This document shows, piece by piece, positions 1 to 48,100 of a stretch of 64,000 nucleotides of DNA. This DNA is from Paraspadella gotoi (Eukaryota > Animalia > Chaetognatha). Made by a program: the position numbers and the translations under genes. The stretch's first letter is position 1, and each line of letters opens with the position of its first letter. The notes under the pieces were generated by a model. The model ran no database searches and was not told the DNA's origin. It saw only the letters and a list, made by a program, of their open reading frames with translations. The stretch spans positions 16,645,181-16,709,180 of the forward strand of contig CM119268.1 of NCBI GenBank assembly GCA_051294375.1, in the 5' to 3' direction.

Positions 1-385
1 TTAAAGTCACGCGACTTCTCGTTCGCGTGAAATGCGAGCGCTTTTCTTTTACGCGCCTCATCGTCGTCGTGGTCGTCGTAGACGTCGTCGCTCTCATCGT
101 CGTCCGTGTCGTCGTTTCCACTTTTTCCGTCGTCTTCTTTATCCTCGTCTTATTTTGGATTTCGTTCGCGCCCCTTTTCGAATCGAACGTCAAAACGAAA
201 GGGGGTCTGCGATATTCTCTAGTAATGGGCCTATGAATAATGAATCTCTCACTGTAAGGTGATCACTGATCACTGATCACTTACATATTTTAAACTCGGA
301 TCGCGATTCAATTTCCCTTTTTCTGCTGGTAGTGAAGAAGCGGCTATTTCATGCCGAATCACCGAATATCAACGCGAAGAGATTC

Positions 386-455
<70 letters not shown>

Positions 456-987
456 TTAATTTTAAATTTGATTAACGTCGTTATTCTTGGTTTAAATAAA
501 CCTAAAATTTTTCTCTCTTAAAAGAGGATTAAATCCTCTTGAACGTTTAGCCTTTCGAGATTAAAAATTCCCACGTTTCGAAAGGAATTTCTCTCGCTTT
601 TGATGTTAAACTTGCAATTTATTGTATCTTAAACAATAGTTATATATATATTATTTTCTTTTAGAAAAAGCTCTTCTTAAAAAAACGCCTTTCAAAAAAA
701 AAAAAAAATCTGCACTTCCAAAACGGACACGTCGTAAAAATACTTCTCCAGCGCTACTGCGGTCGTAAAATTCTGATTATTCATAATTCTTCAGCGCCTT
801 AACTAAGACTTTAATACAAAACTAAACAAAAACAAACAAAAAAAGAAAATCGTATCAAGAAACCGCGACCGCCAGCATGAATCGTCGGGGGAAATGTAGT
901 TCCCGATGACTCAATCTTTCCTTCAATAATCGGAGATTCCAAGAACGAAAAGCGACAATGACCTAGTAATTGTTTTTTTTTTTAAAA

Positions 988-1103
988 TCGCCCTTTTCGT
1001 CGTCGTCGTCGTTTTCGTCGTCTTCGTTTTCGTCGTCGTCATTTTCGTCACCGAAGTTGTTATCCTCTGACGACGACTATGGCGAAACAGACGGGATTTC
1101 AAG
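988..1103 (+). CDS. Candidate upstream coding exon of the PLD gene (Ser-rich; start codon not resolved)
   Basis: Frame SPFSSSSSFSSSSFSSSSFSSPKLLSSDDDYGETDGIS ends at a phase-2 donor AG|GTGAAT (1103/1104), which is phase-compatible with exon 4099. There is no homology support and a homopolymer run lies just upstream. Confidence 0.35.
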
Positions 1104-3501
1104 GTGAATTTTATTAACGTGATATCTTTTAAATATTATTTATTATATGCATATATATGTAACTTCTTGTTATCGTAAATTAGTTTTCTTTTTTAACTAC
1201 CTGTTTAATGTTTACATATTTTTTTTTCGGTCTTATTTGTCTTCGTTCACTTCTCCCTGCCAGTTCTAACTTTTTGAACTCACTTTAACTTTCTTTTCTG
1301 TTCTTGTGAACTCCGGTCTTTCTCTTCTTTTCACTCATTTAACCGACTCTGCGCCGTGGAGACCACATTAACGACCTCACAAAAAGTATTCGGTAAAAAA
1401 AAACGGACGACGACGAAAACAATACAACCACCAATAACGACGAAAAGAAAAAAAAACAACTTATTGCATAAACCATAAAGATAACGATAAATACGACGAC
1501 GATATTGACGACGAAAAAAGGGAGACGATTGACAATTTAAGTTCCCTGACTCTCGAAAAAAAAGAAGTCAAGTTACATGTTCCAATTAAGTTTCGATTGT
1601 CGATTATCATTAATTATGAGTTAAAAGTTTTATTGGTTATTATTTAGGTCCTTCCCAAATGCTAACATCTTTCTTGGAACGCATCTCTAACCTTTGACTT
1701 TTTTCAATTTGCTTTTATTCTTTTTCTTTCGATCTATTATTAGGTCTTCAATTTTTTTTCGGATAGAATTTTTCTTAACTTTTTATAAAACATAACATAT
1801 TTACTTACGTCAATCTGAATTTTCTTAACTTACTCTTACTTTTTATTATTCAGTCATCTTGAAAGTGAGATGATAATTAGACTTGGCCTTTTGTTTTCAG
1901 AGACTCTATTATAGATTTTACGTGAGCACAAAATAGTATCGACGATGACTTGTATATTGATCTTGTTTTGCTTAAAACCATTTTTGAGGTCCATAAAAAC
2001 AAAAATAATTGCACTGTGGCACTCCATTTAAAGCGATTTACAAATATTATACTATACATAGCTAGGTATTCTAGAATAATATAAATTCTTATCTTATTTA
2101 TTTGTAATATCTCGGTATAGAAAAAAAAAAGAAATATTTTTTGTTCTTTTAGTTCCGCGAAATCTAAAAGTCTAAAAAAAAGTTTTGTCACTCTAGGCCT
2201 CGAGGGAAATTTGGAGGACGACGTGGAAGACAAAAACCTCGACTCTGGCGGCGACGAGTGGAAAAGGTGAATGGAGGGGAATTGACTCTGAAAACAAATG
2301 AACATCGTTGGATAAAATTTTAATATAAAAAGAAAATTAGGATAGAAAATGAATAGAAATGACTTTAAAACAAAAATAAATATGAAAACAAATGAGAGGA
2401 AACTTTTAAGATGAACCATATACAATATGCATTTTATATAACAATTTTTTCGCTTGTAAAAAAACTTAAATAAGCTTGATGAAAACAAATTATAAAATAT
2501 TAACTAAACTGAAACCGATGACGTAAAAAAATTCAAATACTAATAACGGTAATCCCAAGACCAAAAAAAAAAAGGCCACGAGCCCATAAAGCGGGAGTGA
2601 CTCTTATACTACAACAACAACGACAACAATGAATCTTTCGGCTGCTGGGAATAAAAACGGCGGAGAATCGATTCAGGGGAAGGAAGGAATAACAAGAGTG
2701 AGAGGAGAGGTGGTGTGGGGGTTGTGAGAGGGGCAGGTGGGTGAAGGTGGGAATGGGAATGTATATAAAAGGTCCAAAAAAAGGAGAGAGAGAAAGAGTC
2801 GGAGAGAGAGGAAAAGGTGGACTGAACCTAAACTTGAACGCGACCCCGAATCCCCGTGAGGAGGATGATGAGGGAGGAGGAAAAGAGAGAGAAGAGGAGC
2901 TGTAGACCCGCGTCGTCTACCGGCCTTCGATTCTGGGTGGAATGGAGGTGGTGCCGTGGTGGAATGAAGGAGGTGGAGAACAAAGGAAAGAGATGAGGGT
3001 TTTCGGGTATTAAGATTACCAACAGCCAAAGGGTTGAATTTGTAAATATGTAGAGGCCAGCGGGCATGATCCAGGTTGACTACGAGAATGTATGTACTAT
3101 GTACTACTACTATTATGTACTAAGGCACATTTGGCTCATGATAGCCAGTTCACGGATTCAATCCCAACCCGGTACTTTTCCTCCCGGGAAACGTGAAGAC
3201 GTCCGTCTTGTGGCCGTAACGTCCCCCCAAGCCTGGTTCCAAGCCCAGAACTTGTTCCAGTTCTCCAGGGGGTTAAAGAAAATCCGGAAGTCATCTTCAG
3301 CGCCTAATCTAAAGTAGAAAGCAAAAGGAAAAGGAAGAGAAGATTTTGGAAAATCGAGATTAAAAAGTAGAGATGAGGAATAGAGAATTTCGAAAGATGA
3401 TTAAAAGGGCAGAGACCTGAATTCGCGTCGGATTCCTTGAGCTCGTAAAAGACTCTATGAAAAGATCGGAGAAGTGAGGGGATAAGTGATGCCAGATAAA
3501 G

Positions 3502-3559
<58 letters not shown>

Positions 3560-4098
3560 GAGAGAAAGAGAAAGAGAAAGAGAGAGAGAGAGAAGAGAAA
3601 GAAAGAAAAGAGCACTAGTTACGGAGCAGAAAAAGCAATTAATATCAAATTCATTACTTTTTCATTTTCCCACTCTTTTCTTTTCTTTTCTTTTTCAGTA
3701 AACTTTTCAACCTCGTATTCATTTTTCACCTCCTGATTAACCAACTCCTGAAATCCGACTCCCTTTTTCCATCTCTCTCTCTCTCTGTGTCTTTCCGGGT
3801 CAAGATTAAACTTGGGTTCTCATTCGTGACCTCACTGAACTCAATCAATAACGCTGCTTCATCCTGGAATCTCCTCTTTTTAAACCACCCTTCCCTTTTT
3901 TCAATTCCCATCATATTCCATCCCGTCCTTCGCCCTTTTCCTCCCTCCCTCCCTTTCTCCTTTCTTCCCTCCCTCTCTTCCTCCATTTCTTTCTTCTTCT
4001 TTTGCTCTCTCCATCTCCTTCCTTCCCTTCTTTTTCTTTCCTCCTCTTTTCCTCTGCACCTCTCTTCTTCTCTAATTCACGCCATCCTCTCCCTTCAG

Positions 4099-31552
<27,454 letters not shown>

Positions 31553-32630
31553 CGGGGGATGTGGATTGTGGAAGGGGAAGGCGAGGAGTGAGAGGGATGT
31601 GGAAGAGGGGAGGAGGAAGACGGCGAGGGAGAGAAAGAAAGAGAAAATTAAAGAAAGAAAAGGAAGTGTTCGCCAAAGGAAATCAGAACTTTCTGAAATC
31701 TAATTCGGCAGCCACCTATTTTCTGTCACTTTCGACAAATGAACTTTTTTTCGCTCGAAAGACAAATGGCGAAGTAGGAGGAGGAGGAGGAGGAAAAAAA
31801 AAGAAACGTGTGATTGGAGGGAAGGAGGAAAGGAAATAGAGTCCCAAAAGAAAAAGAGAAGATAAAGGAGGTTTTCGTTGATCGCTTCTGATGGTCAAAA
31901 GAGGGAACAAGATGAAAAGAGGAGGGTCGGGGCTTTAAAAGGAGAAAAGAAGAATAGGAAAAGCAGCTGGAGAACTCTTTTCAATGTCCGAGACAATTAC
32001 CTCCGGAAAAAAAAAAACTGATAAGTTGAACCAGGGAGAAGTGTAAATCTATTTACGCCTTCAAAGATGCGCTTTTCATGGGTGGAGAAATCAAAAATAA
32101 ACAAAGCACAGTCTTCGTTTCCTACAAGCGACTGACTATTCAAATTCCAAAAAAAAAAATCTACTTTCACTTTTTATACTTTCCAACTCTTTCTCTCCCT
32201 CTCATTATTTATCGCGCTTTAATCGTTGTTTTCTATTAACTTTTATACGTCAATTAATCGTTTTCGAATTTTCATGTTGCCCGTTCGCATAATATTACAT
32301 GGATCGTAATTTAAAGATTTTTCACCTGTTTTCATTTTTTGTATCATTTACTCGACGATTCCTGTTTACAAGGTTTTTATATATTAGTAAAAAAAAAAAC
32401 TTGAATCATTATCGCATGGTTTTGATTTTTCTTTTCACTGTCAATCAAGATAAATAATCATCCAATAGCTAGGATGCGATGAAATGGGTTTTGCTTTGAC
32501 TCTACTTTTTTGAGCTGCGTTTAGATCAGAGTTGATTATTTTTGAGTAGTAATTTGATATTATAAATTTTAATAATTTAAATAATTGACGACGATCGTCG
32601 TGAAAATTTTTGAACCAAGTTTAGTTTAAA

Positions 32631-32663
<33 letters not shown>

Positions 32664-32731
32664 AAACGCGAAGAAAATTTTAATCTTTGTGAAATCTATT
32701 GACGGCCAAAGTTTACGATTGACCAGCGCAG

Positions 32732-38337
<5,606 letters not shown>

Positions 38338-38367
38338 TTGGAATGGGGTGGAATTTTCATTTGGGGA

Positions 38368-38424
<57 letters not shown>

Positions 38425-39683
38425 GAAAATAAATAGCCGATTAATTGTAACTTGATTGAAGATTTCTATTTTGACGGTGAGAGAGAGGAAAAGGGAGAGT
38501 AAGAAAAGAAATAGCCGGTTTGATTAATCGATTAGTTGAAGATATCGTCTGTATTGATTGGTCCAGGCAGAGAGAGAGAAAGAGAAAAAAAATATATGTA
38601 GCCTGTTTAAATGGATATGAAATTGGTACAACCAATATAAAAATTATCCATCCATTTAATAAATAAGCTATCTTGTCCCTGACTTTGGACAGGCTTTGGT
38701 GGTTTAAGGCCTCCATCACACTTGCAAGATAATAACATAACAGGTTTCTGTGAGAGAGAGAGAGAGAGAAAGAGAGAGATAGATTGATCCGGTTTTTATC
38801 TCTATTTCTTAACAAGCAGACCATTGACCAACTGTGGTTGACTCCGTCGCAGCTAATTATATACTTAAAAAACTATTCGACAAAGTTTTTTTATTAAACA
38901 TCTTTTTGAATTTTCTGGGACATAAAAATTCGACATTGACCCCGCTGAAAATAGATGTGACCTAAAACTTGTAATGTCTGAAATATCGTATTTGAAATCA
39001 TTAACCTTTTTTACTCTTTAAAATTTTACTTGTCGATCTGGTCGAATGTAGAACCACCTTTGCTGCTTTTATTTTTTTTTATTTCAAAATGTTTGAGCCG
39101 AGTTCTTTTTACAATTACACAAAATCCGGTTGAAACTTTTTTTTGTTTAAAATGCCAGACATGACGTCATTTTATTATTTCTTCTAATAAATATCCAATG
39201 TAATTTATTGATCTGGATCTTTGAGACAGGTCGTTATAAGAAGCTAGTTTATTATTTAATTGTATAGTCAAACTTGTAAAATCGTCTAGCCACAACCAAC
39301 GTAACCACTTCTTGAACGTCGACTGTTTACCTCAAAAATAATCCCCGAGTTATTAAAAAAATCAAACCCAGTTATATGACCCAGGGGAAGATTTTTTTTC
39401 TGACGGTATACTTAACCCAAGAGCACAAATTGACCTTGAACGCTAAAAAAAAAATGGAAACTAGTCCTTCAAAATAGAGACCAAGGTTGAAAAATTTTTA
39501 TTATGCTGTTCATTTTCAAGTTTTAGACCTCACAATTAATTGGCGTCTTGGTTCGAATTTGAAGAAAATTACATATAATGAATTTATGAATGAATGTGTC
39601 TTCGTTTTCTTTATAGATTATAAATCAGCTTTCTACCATCATCATTCTCTCATCAAAGGGTTAAAAAAAAATTATTTGAAAGA

Positions 39684-42600
39684 ATGAATGCTACATATCA
39701 TATTCGGGGATATATGGAGTCATCCACATTCAATATGTCTCAATTTGATTCATATGTTACGCCTTCAACTAACACATCCCTAAATGACGCTCATTTTTGG
39801 ATGGCGATGCTGATTTGCGTTGAAGCACTTCCTATCTGGATCCCTTGTGCCTGGCTGTGGATTGGCGTCCTATTTTCCATAAAAGAGTAAGTTTTAATAT
39901 TAAAAAAAGTTAAAAAATAAATTTCAATTTCCCGGAAACATAGACCGGGATTCAAAGTAGTTTTAATTTAGTTTTTGCCTTTCCATTAATCCGGCAGATT
40001 AACTTGTCCATTTTCCGTGGACGCTTGGACAACTTGGTGCTCTTTACATTTAACAATAAAATTTCGACTAATGCTCAAGTTTATTCTTCATCTTATAGTT
40101 GTGCTGTCAGCGATGCTTCGCATTAGTATTATAATTTCATCATCATCGGTAACATTTTCTTCATTAGTATCTGTTATATCCTTGTTATGGCTCATTGTTT
40201 CAACTATATTAGCGTACCAAGTCGCTATCTCGGAAGCGATTTCTGGCCCATTTTTAAAACTAGGGATCTCTGTCTTCGGATTTTGGATGGCAATGGCGCT
40301 ATTGCGAACGCTCGCATTGTTTAACGTTGTAATTTCAGTAGAATATAAAGAGATTTTAATTCAAAATAAATGGCTTCCATGGCCACCTGATTCTCAAAGC
40401 GAACTAATAAATGCTTTATCTTTGATTATCGCTGCTGCCTCAATCATCAGCGCTTGGCTAAATTTTTTCTCTGACTCTGAGAGAGATGTAACTTCTCCAG
40501 TTGCAAAGGTAAGCTATATTTACGTAATAATGAAAACAGGAAATGGGTTTTTTTTTCGATTGACTGAATTTTAAACATAAATTTTTACATAGGCTAGCAT
40601 TCCATCTCAACTAACGATGACTTGGATATTCCCTCTTCTTATTAAAGGAATGCATTCTACCCTTGACGAGAATCATCTGTTTAAACTCCCTCCCGACTTT
40701 AGTATCCAACGATTGGTCGAGATATTTAAACGTAAATGGGGATTGATATCTTCCCCCCTACATAAAAAAATTAATGCAAAAAGTGGACATTGGTTTACGT
40801 CATCTCAGACTTCAACGGTTGTCGTCATTCTGGGTTGCTATGCAAAGGATCTTGCCTGGGTATTTGTGATTAATATCGGCCGAATTTGTCTAGAAGTTTC
40901 TAAACCTCTCCTACTCAATGGCTTTTTAGCGCATTTATCTCAACGACCAAATATCAGTAGCAGCACTATAAACAAATCTTTTGGCTTTATCAATATAATG
41001 TCGGAGTGGACGGGGTCTGCTATTATTTTTTTGATTTTGATATTTTTAAGCGATTTTTCACACAATATATTTATTCGTTTTTATGTTTGGTACGGTTGGT
41101 TGGTCGGGTTAAAACTTAATCAAACGGTAAAAAATGCGGTTTTCACCAAGAGTCTTCAAATTTCCTCCGAAGCGCGTCAGAGCTACTCATCTGGAGAGTT
41201 ACTGAACCTAATTAGTCTGGATGCACCGCGTTTACTGCAAGTTGTTTTTGCTTCGGAAATATTTGTATTACCTTTAGAACTAACCATCTATATCTACCTC
41301 CTCTGGCAGCAGCTCGGAATAGCAATTTTTGTTGGCCTTTCTTTTCTGTTTTTATTGGTACCCACAAGTATGCTCATAACTAAAGCACGTAGATATCTTG
41401 ATAGTCGTCTCATGAAGATGAAAGATATTCGGATCAAAACAATTCATGAAACATTGAGTGGCATCAAATTACTTAAGTTTTATGCATGGGAAGAGCCTTT
41501 TTTAAAAAAGATTCAAAAAACGAGACAAGTGGAGATTCGTAAAAGGAGAACAGCAATGCTGTTGGACGTTGCTTTGGCTCTCAATTCTCAGTTAGCCACT
41601 ATTATTGTAGCAGCGTTCTCATTGACAGCTTACAGTCGCATATCTATGATTCCCCTTAATGCCAAGACAGCTTTTGTCAGCGTAACTCTTTTCAACCATC
41701 TGCAACACAAACTCTTTTTTCTCCCACAGATAATCACTAATTTAGTTCATATTAGTGTGGCCAGAAAACGAATTGATAAGTTCATGTTGTTAGAGGAAGT
41801 TTCTAATAATCAAGAGATGATGCAAAGTGAAGAATATGGTGTCGAGGTTGAGAATGCGACTTTCAAGTGGAGCCATGATCGAACAGTGCTAAAAGATATA
41901 AACTTTCAGCTACTACGAGGAAAATGTTTAGGAGTAATTGGTACTGTGGGAAGTGGGAAATCGTCTCTTTTATTAGCACTTTTTGGAGAATTATTAAAGG
42001 TGAAAGGTAAAATCAAAGCTGACAGAAATGTTGCATTTGTAGCCCAAGAACCTTGGATTCTAAATGGAACTGTGCAAAATAATATTATTTTTGGGAAGCC
42101 TTTTGTTGAGAAAAAATATGAGAACATCCTAGAGGCTTGCGAGCTGATGACTGATCTAAATGCTCTGCCTGCTGGAGATCAGACAGAAATAGGTGAAAAA
42201 GGAGTTCTTCTTTCTGGAGGTCAAAAAGCTAGAGTAGCACTCGCACGCGCCCTATATTCTGATGCTGATCTATATCTTTTAGATGATCCATTAGCTTCAG
42301 TTGATGCACATGTTGCCAAACATATTTTTCAACGGGTTTTAGGATCTAATGGAATACTGAGAAATAAAACTAGAGTGGTTACTTTTAATAACATTATATT
42401 TTTATCCGAAATTGACCAAATCATAACGCTGAAAGATGGTGCAATTGAAGAGTGTGGAAACTATAATGAACTTATTTGTAAAGATGGATATTTAGCTTTT
42501 TTAGTAAAAAGCTATGCTAAACACAATAAAACAAATAATAATACAGATATAAGCTGTCAATCTAAACATGAAAACTATTCCGCAAGTAAAAAAACAAGAT

Positions 42601-44512
42601 CATCCATGAAAAAGGAAAATTGTACGGAAGGTAGCATTCCATTCAGTCTTTACGGTCAATACTTGAGATATTTAGGATTTTCAATATGCCTATTTGGCGG
42701 ATTTTCAATTTGTTTTGCCCAACTATTCTATATTTTGTCAAGCATATGGCTGGCTAAATGGGTGGATGACTTGCAAATTGCTTCTAACATATCAGTTATA
42801 AATATTAATACAACAACTTTACAAAAACTAAATATGAAATATCAGATTATTTATAATATATTATCTTTAAGTTCATGTATATTTGTCGTGACTAAAGGTA
42901 TCACCCAGACTATAGGTAATGTGAGATGCTCACTCATGTATCATGAGAAGTTAGCCACTCGATTGATTCATTATCCACTTTCTTTCTTCGAAACAAATCC
43001 TTTGGGATGGATAATTGACAGATTTTCAAATGATATTGAAGCTATTGACTCCAGAATCACGTGGTCTTTTTTTGCATTTTTTAACAGTTTATTTGTCTGC
43101 GTTTTTCTTCTGACTGGAATAATCTATTCACAACCAATAATTCTAACCGCTGTGCCTTTCCTTATTCTTTATTACATATTGCTTTATAAAATATATACAC
43201 CGACTGGCAGACAGCTCACGCGCATTTGTTCACGTCTTAGAGCAAAACTTCTTTCTCACTTTACAGAAATCCAATGTGGGGTACAAACAATTCGGGCTTT
43301 TAAAAAAAAGAATGATTTTATTCATGAATTTGATAAGCTTCTTGAACTAAATTCTCAAGGATTTTACCTATTACACTCATCAAACTCATGGATGGCCACA
43401 TTTGTAAATTTTACTTCATCATTGGTCACCCTAATGTGTGGAGTAGCAGGGGTGATTGGCGGTGTTTCAACAGGTTTTATTGGTGCTTCAATGACATTTT
43501 CTTTTAGTGTCAGTAACAGTTTAGGCCTCGCAATGCGATGTGTAGCTCAGCTTGAGAAAGATCTTGTGGCTATTGAAAGATTAGAAGAATTTATAAATAA
43601 TCCTATTGAAGAAACTCATCAAAAAGTAAATAAAAATTGTCCAGTGGGTTGGCCCAACTCTGGTCAAATAGATATTCTCAACTACAGCGGCAGTCATAGA
43701 AAAGATCTACCTATTGTGTTAAAAAATCTTCAACTCAGTATTAAAGCTGGAGAGAAAATTGGGGTTGTTGGAAGAACAGGCGCTGGAAAGTCCAGTTTAA
43801 CCTTGGCATTGTTTAGAATTCTTTATGCCTGCAATGGGAGCATCAAATTGAATGGAATCGACATCAGTGAAGTACGTCTTCTCAACCTAAGATCAAAAAT
43901 CTCCATCATCCCACAGGCAATTTTATTATTTAAAATTTTTTTATAAATGTAAAATCATAACTGATGAAATTATTTTAGTCAAAACGATTTAACCTAATAT
44001 TTTTTCCCTAAATTAAATTAATGCTTTAAAGGTTTAACCTTCAGAATGCCACGATTTTTTCAAACACACTTCGTTACAATCTTGATCCCAATGAGGAATA
44101 TTCTGATTTTGAAATATTGGCGGCACTGGAGACCGCTTGTCTCAAGGATTTTGTTGCTTCGCTGCCTGACGGTCTCAATTATTTATGTTCCGAGTCTGGA
44201 GCTAACCTTTCGGCTGGCCAGCGCCAGCTTCTATGCTTAGCTAGAGCGTTGTTGAGAAGATCCAAAATCCTTGTGCTTGATGAAGCAACAGCCTCAGTTG
44301 ATCTCCACACTGATGAAATTATTCAGCAAAGTTTGAGAAATGATTTCGTTGATCGAACCGTCATCACGATCGCCCACCGTCTTAACACCATACTTGATTA
44401 CGATAAAATATTGGTACTGGATGACGGGAAGCTCCGAGAATTTGATACTCCTGCGAACCTACTTTCCGATCATGATTCAATGTTTAAGTCACTCCTCAAT
44501 GATATTTCATAA
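39684..44512 (+). CDS. ABC transporter subfamily C, long MRP1-like (TMD0-TMD1-NBD1-TMD2-NBD2), about 1501 aa, copy 1
   Basis: Exons 39684-39886, 39998-40508, 40593-43916 (GC donor), 44045-44512. Motifs [60 protein letters not shown]. Confidence 0.95.
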
Positions 44513-45172
44513 TGGAAAAATCTTGAATATTTATAAGATACAAATTTGTTATCATGTTTTATTTTAAGTTAGTTACCATCAAAAACTTTTTTTTTTCTTG
44601 TAAAATTTTGTAAATTTCAAATTCAATATGAAATTGTATGTATATTCTTCAATCCAAATAAAATTCACATATATAAATCTAACTTACGAAATTTAAAATT
44701 AAAGTTGGAATCGAAGAAGTGCATCGAGGAGAGAAAAGATAAGCACGTCAACAAACGGATAGACAGGATTCTCCTTTAAGAATATCAGTACCCTTATTTT
44801 CTACTCGAGATAGATTGATAAGGGGGAAAAGTGCAAAGTCTGCTGGTAGCAGATGGCTGCGTAACAGAGTTCAGAAACTATGATGGGGAAAAAAAATAGA
44901 ACCCGTTTCGTTTATTACCGAATTTTTTACCAGTTAAAGTAGATCCGTGGTCGACCTCCGGTTTCTGAGTCATCTTTTTATAGGCGTAACTGAGTTTTAT
45001 ATCTCGACAGACACAGAGACGATTAAAATAAAACTTCCTTTCGAGAGAAAGTTATCATCATAGATTAAAATAATCTAAACGCAAAGAATATATTCAAAAT
45101 CTTAGGGTTTTAACCAATAATTAAAAAAAGTAACAAAACGAAACAAAATATCTCAAGAATCGGTTATTAACG

Positions 45173-48100
45173 ATGCCTTTAAACTCTGCTTCTGACGCGG
45201 ACGCCGTCTCCAATAGTGTCTTCAATGGATACTTCAACAGCTCTTTCAACGACTCTTCGGGCGACGCATCATTCATTTTATCCCTAGTGGAAACGTCAAA
45301 CTTGAAGGGCATCCTGACCGATGAAGATGCCCTCCCAATTTGGGTCCCCTGTGCGTGGCTGTGGATCGGGGGCCTCCTTTCTGTCAAGGAGTAAGTTGAA
45401 CGTTTAATGTTGACCGATGTCCGATAATTAACTTTTTTTTTCTACGATGTAATATGATAATGTATGCGTCGATTTTCTATTTTATCTATGTTTTTTTTTA
45501 TTTATTCATATCTTAAATTATTCATTCAGTTATTGAATCCACCTCCTATTTTTAACTTTATGTTCACTATCGGCCAGACTGACACGCCCCCTCAAGTTCC
45601 TCCCGGCCTGGCGCAACAAATCCTGCGTCGCCAAGTTCCATCTGACGTTGAAGCTCGTCTTCAACGCGATCGCGGCGTCGACGACGGCGCTTCGCCTCGT
45701 CCTTGTCGCGTCGTCGCAGACGTCGTCGTCGCCGACGTCGTCTTCAACATCGTCTCTCATCTCCTTGACGTGGCTGATCGTCTCAATGATTCTTCTAAGT
45801 CGCGTGATGATTGCGGATACAGCGTCGTATTCATCCTTTAAACTCGGCGTCATTACCTTCGGGTTTTGGTCTTTGACGGTGCTGCTGAGGCTGCCGGCGA
45901 TGCTGCGGTCGGCGTTTTCCCTACAAGCGTTTCAATCTTCGGTTGGGGCAGTATGGGAGTCCCGAGCAACTGGAATTGTCCTCTTCCTGACTGCGTTAGT
46001 TGAGCTCATCCTTCATTTATTCAAAGAATCTCGCAAGAATCCGGCATCAATGATGAAAAGGGTCGAGTACAAAACAAAAGACTCGGTCAACAAATCAAAC
46101 AAAAGCTTTCTTTCAGTAGTTACCGAGGGGTTAGAAGGACCCCAAATAAATCCACAACAAAAGGTAATATAAGAAATGACTAAAGGGATGGGGCAATGAA
46201 AAGATCCAATGATTTTATAAATTATTCAAGCTATAAAAAATAATAAAAACATTTCTGTTACAAAGAATGAAAAAGTGAATCCTTCATGACAATTTTTATT
46301 AATTTATAAAGATATTATTATAAAAGTATTGCATTTTCTGATTCTGTTACCAAAACAATATAAACCAAATAATTTTGGTACTTAATAATTATACTATTTT
46401 AATTATTCATATTATCGTTAACTCGCTCAAATAAAATTTTTGTTCTCAAGTGCTCCTTTCTAATGAGTAACTCTTTATAATACTGTTTTCTATTTGGTTT
46501 ATCATGTAAATATTTATTTATTCTTTTACATACGTAGATATTCTTATTGTGCTCGTCAAAACCTTTCCCTCTACATTTTATTTAGGCAAGCATTCCATCT
46601 CAACTTACAATGGCCTGGATCCTTCCTTTGCTGTTCAAAGGAATGCGAACTCCCTTAAACAAAGAGCACCTTTACAAACAACCAGCTGATTATGACAGTC
46701 GACACTTGGCCAATGCTTTCCACCAAAAGTGGAAGAGTCGTTTTTCATGCAAGCCATCGCAAGCTTCTGCCTCAACAACCGCTCTTAAATGTTTTGTCAC
46801 ACCAGTTGCCAGTTTATTCATACTAAATTTCCTCCGTATTTTTTTAGAAGTTGCAAAACCAATACTGCTTGACAGACTCCTGTTTCATCTCGCGCAACGT
46901 CCTGTTTATAATAACGATAATAATGATAACAACGACAGTCTCACAGCTCAGCGGCATACCTCTGAGTGGGTTTGGTTGGGAATTATTTTCGTATTAGCTC
47001 TGGTGACCTGCGACCTGGGGCACATTGTCTCCCAAAGATTCCATGACTGGTACAGTTGGCTAATTGGTTTGAAGCTGAACATCACTCTCAAGAGTGCTAT
47101 TTATACCAAAACGTTGCGAATTTCTTCGGCCACACGTCAAATATGCTCATCGGGCGAGCTTCTCAACTTGTTTAGCCAAGATGCCCCTCAGTTCCTCAAC
47201 TTTGTCTTTGCATTAGAGGGTCTGGTAATGCCGTTAGAACTAGCTCTTTACGTCTTTTTACTTTGGCGCCAACTGGGTGTTGCTTTTTTAGTGGGTCTTT
47301 CTGTTTTAACTATTTTGATGCCAGTTAGTATTCTTCTCACCAAAAGAAAAAAGCATTCTGACACAAAAATAATGAAAGCAAAAGATGAGAGGTTGAAGAC
47401 TATCCATGAGATACTTAATGGTATAAAGGTAGTTAAGTTTTTTGCTTGGGAGGAGAATATTTTGGAACGAATCCACAAATTTAGAGAGAAAGAAGTAGAG
47501 GAAAGACGGTTGGCAATGCTACTGGATGTTGCATTAGCACTTATTTCCCATCTTGCAACTATTATTGTGGCAGCTCTTTCACTAACTGCCTATGGCATTA
47601 TCTCTGAAAAACCCCTCGATGCCGAGACTGCTTTTGTAAGTGTAACATTATTTAATACATTGCAAAGTAAGTTGTTTTCTCTACAGCAAATTGTCAACTA
47701 CACTGTACACATCCAGGTCGCTAAAAAAAGAATAGATAAGTTTATGTCGTCAGAAGAATTAAATGAAACTTGTCATGAACAACCATCAAAGGAATTCGCT
47801 GTAGAGGTTGATAGTGCGACCTTTAAGTGGAACCATGACAACGTTGAGCCAATCCTAAGTGACATAAGTTTAAAACTGAGGAAAGGAGAATGCATAGGAA
47901 TAATTGGTGATGTAGGTTCTGGGAAGAGTTCTCTGTTGTCTGCAATTTTAGGTGAAATGGTAAAAAATGAAGGAACAATAAAATCAATACAAAGCATTGC
48001 TTTAGTCACCCAGGAACCGTGGATACAAAATGGAACTATAAGATCAAATATTCTTTTTGGAAAACCATTGCTTATGAAGGTCTATAATGAAATCATTGAG

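Noticed and set aside
1067-1097. CTGACGA...GAAAC hammerhead-like motif
   Set aside because: No stem II pairing; probably coding sequence.
1877-2488. 203-aa minus-strand ORF
   Set aside because: Low-complexity F/L/I-rich translation of AT-rich intron with no motif.
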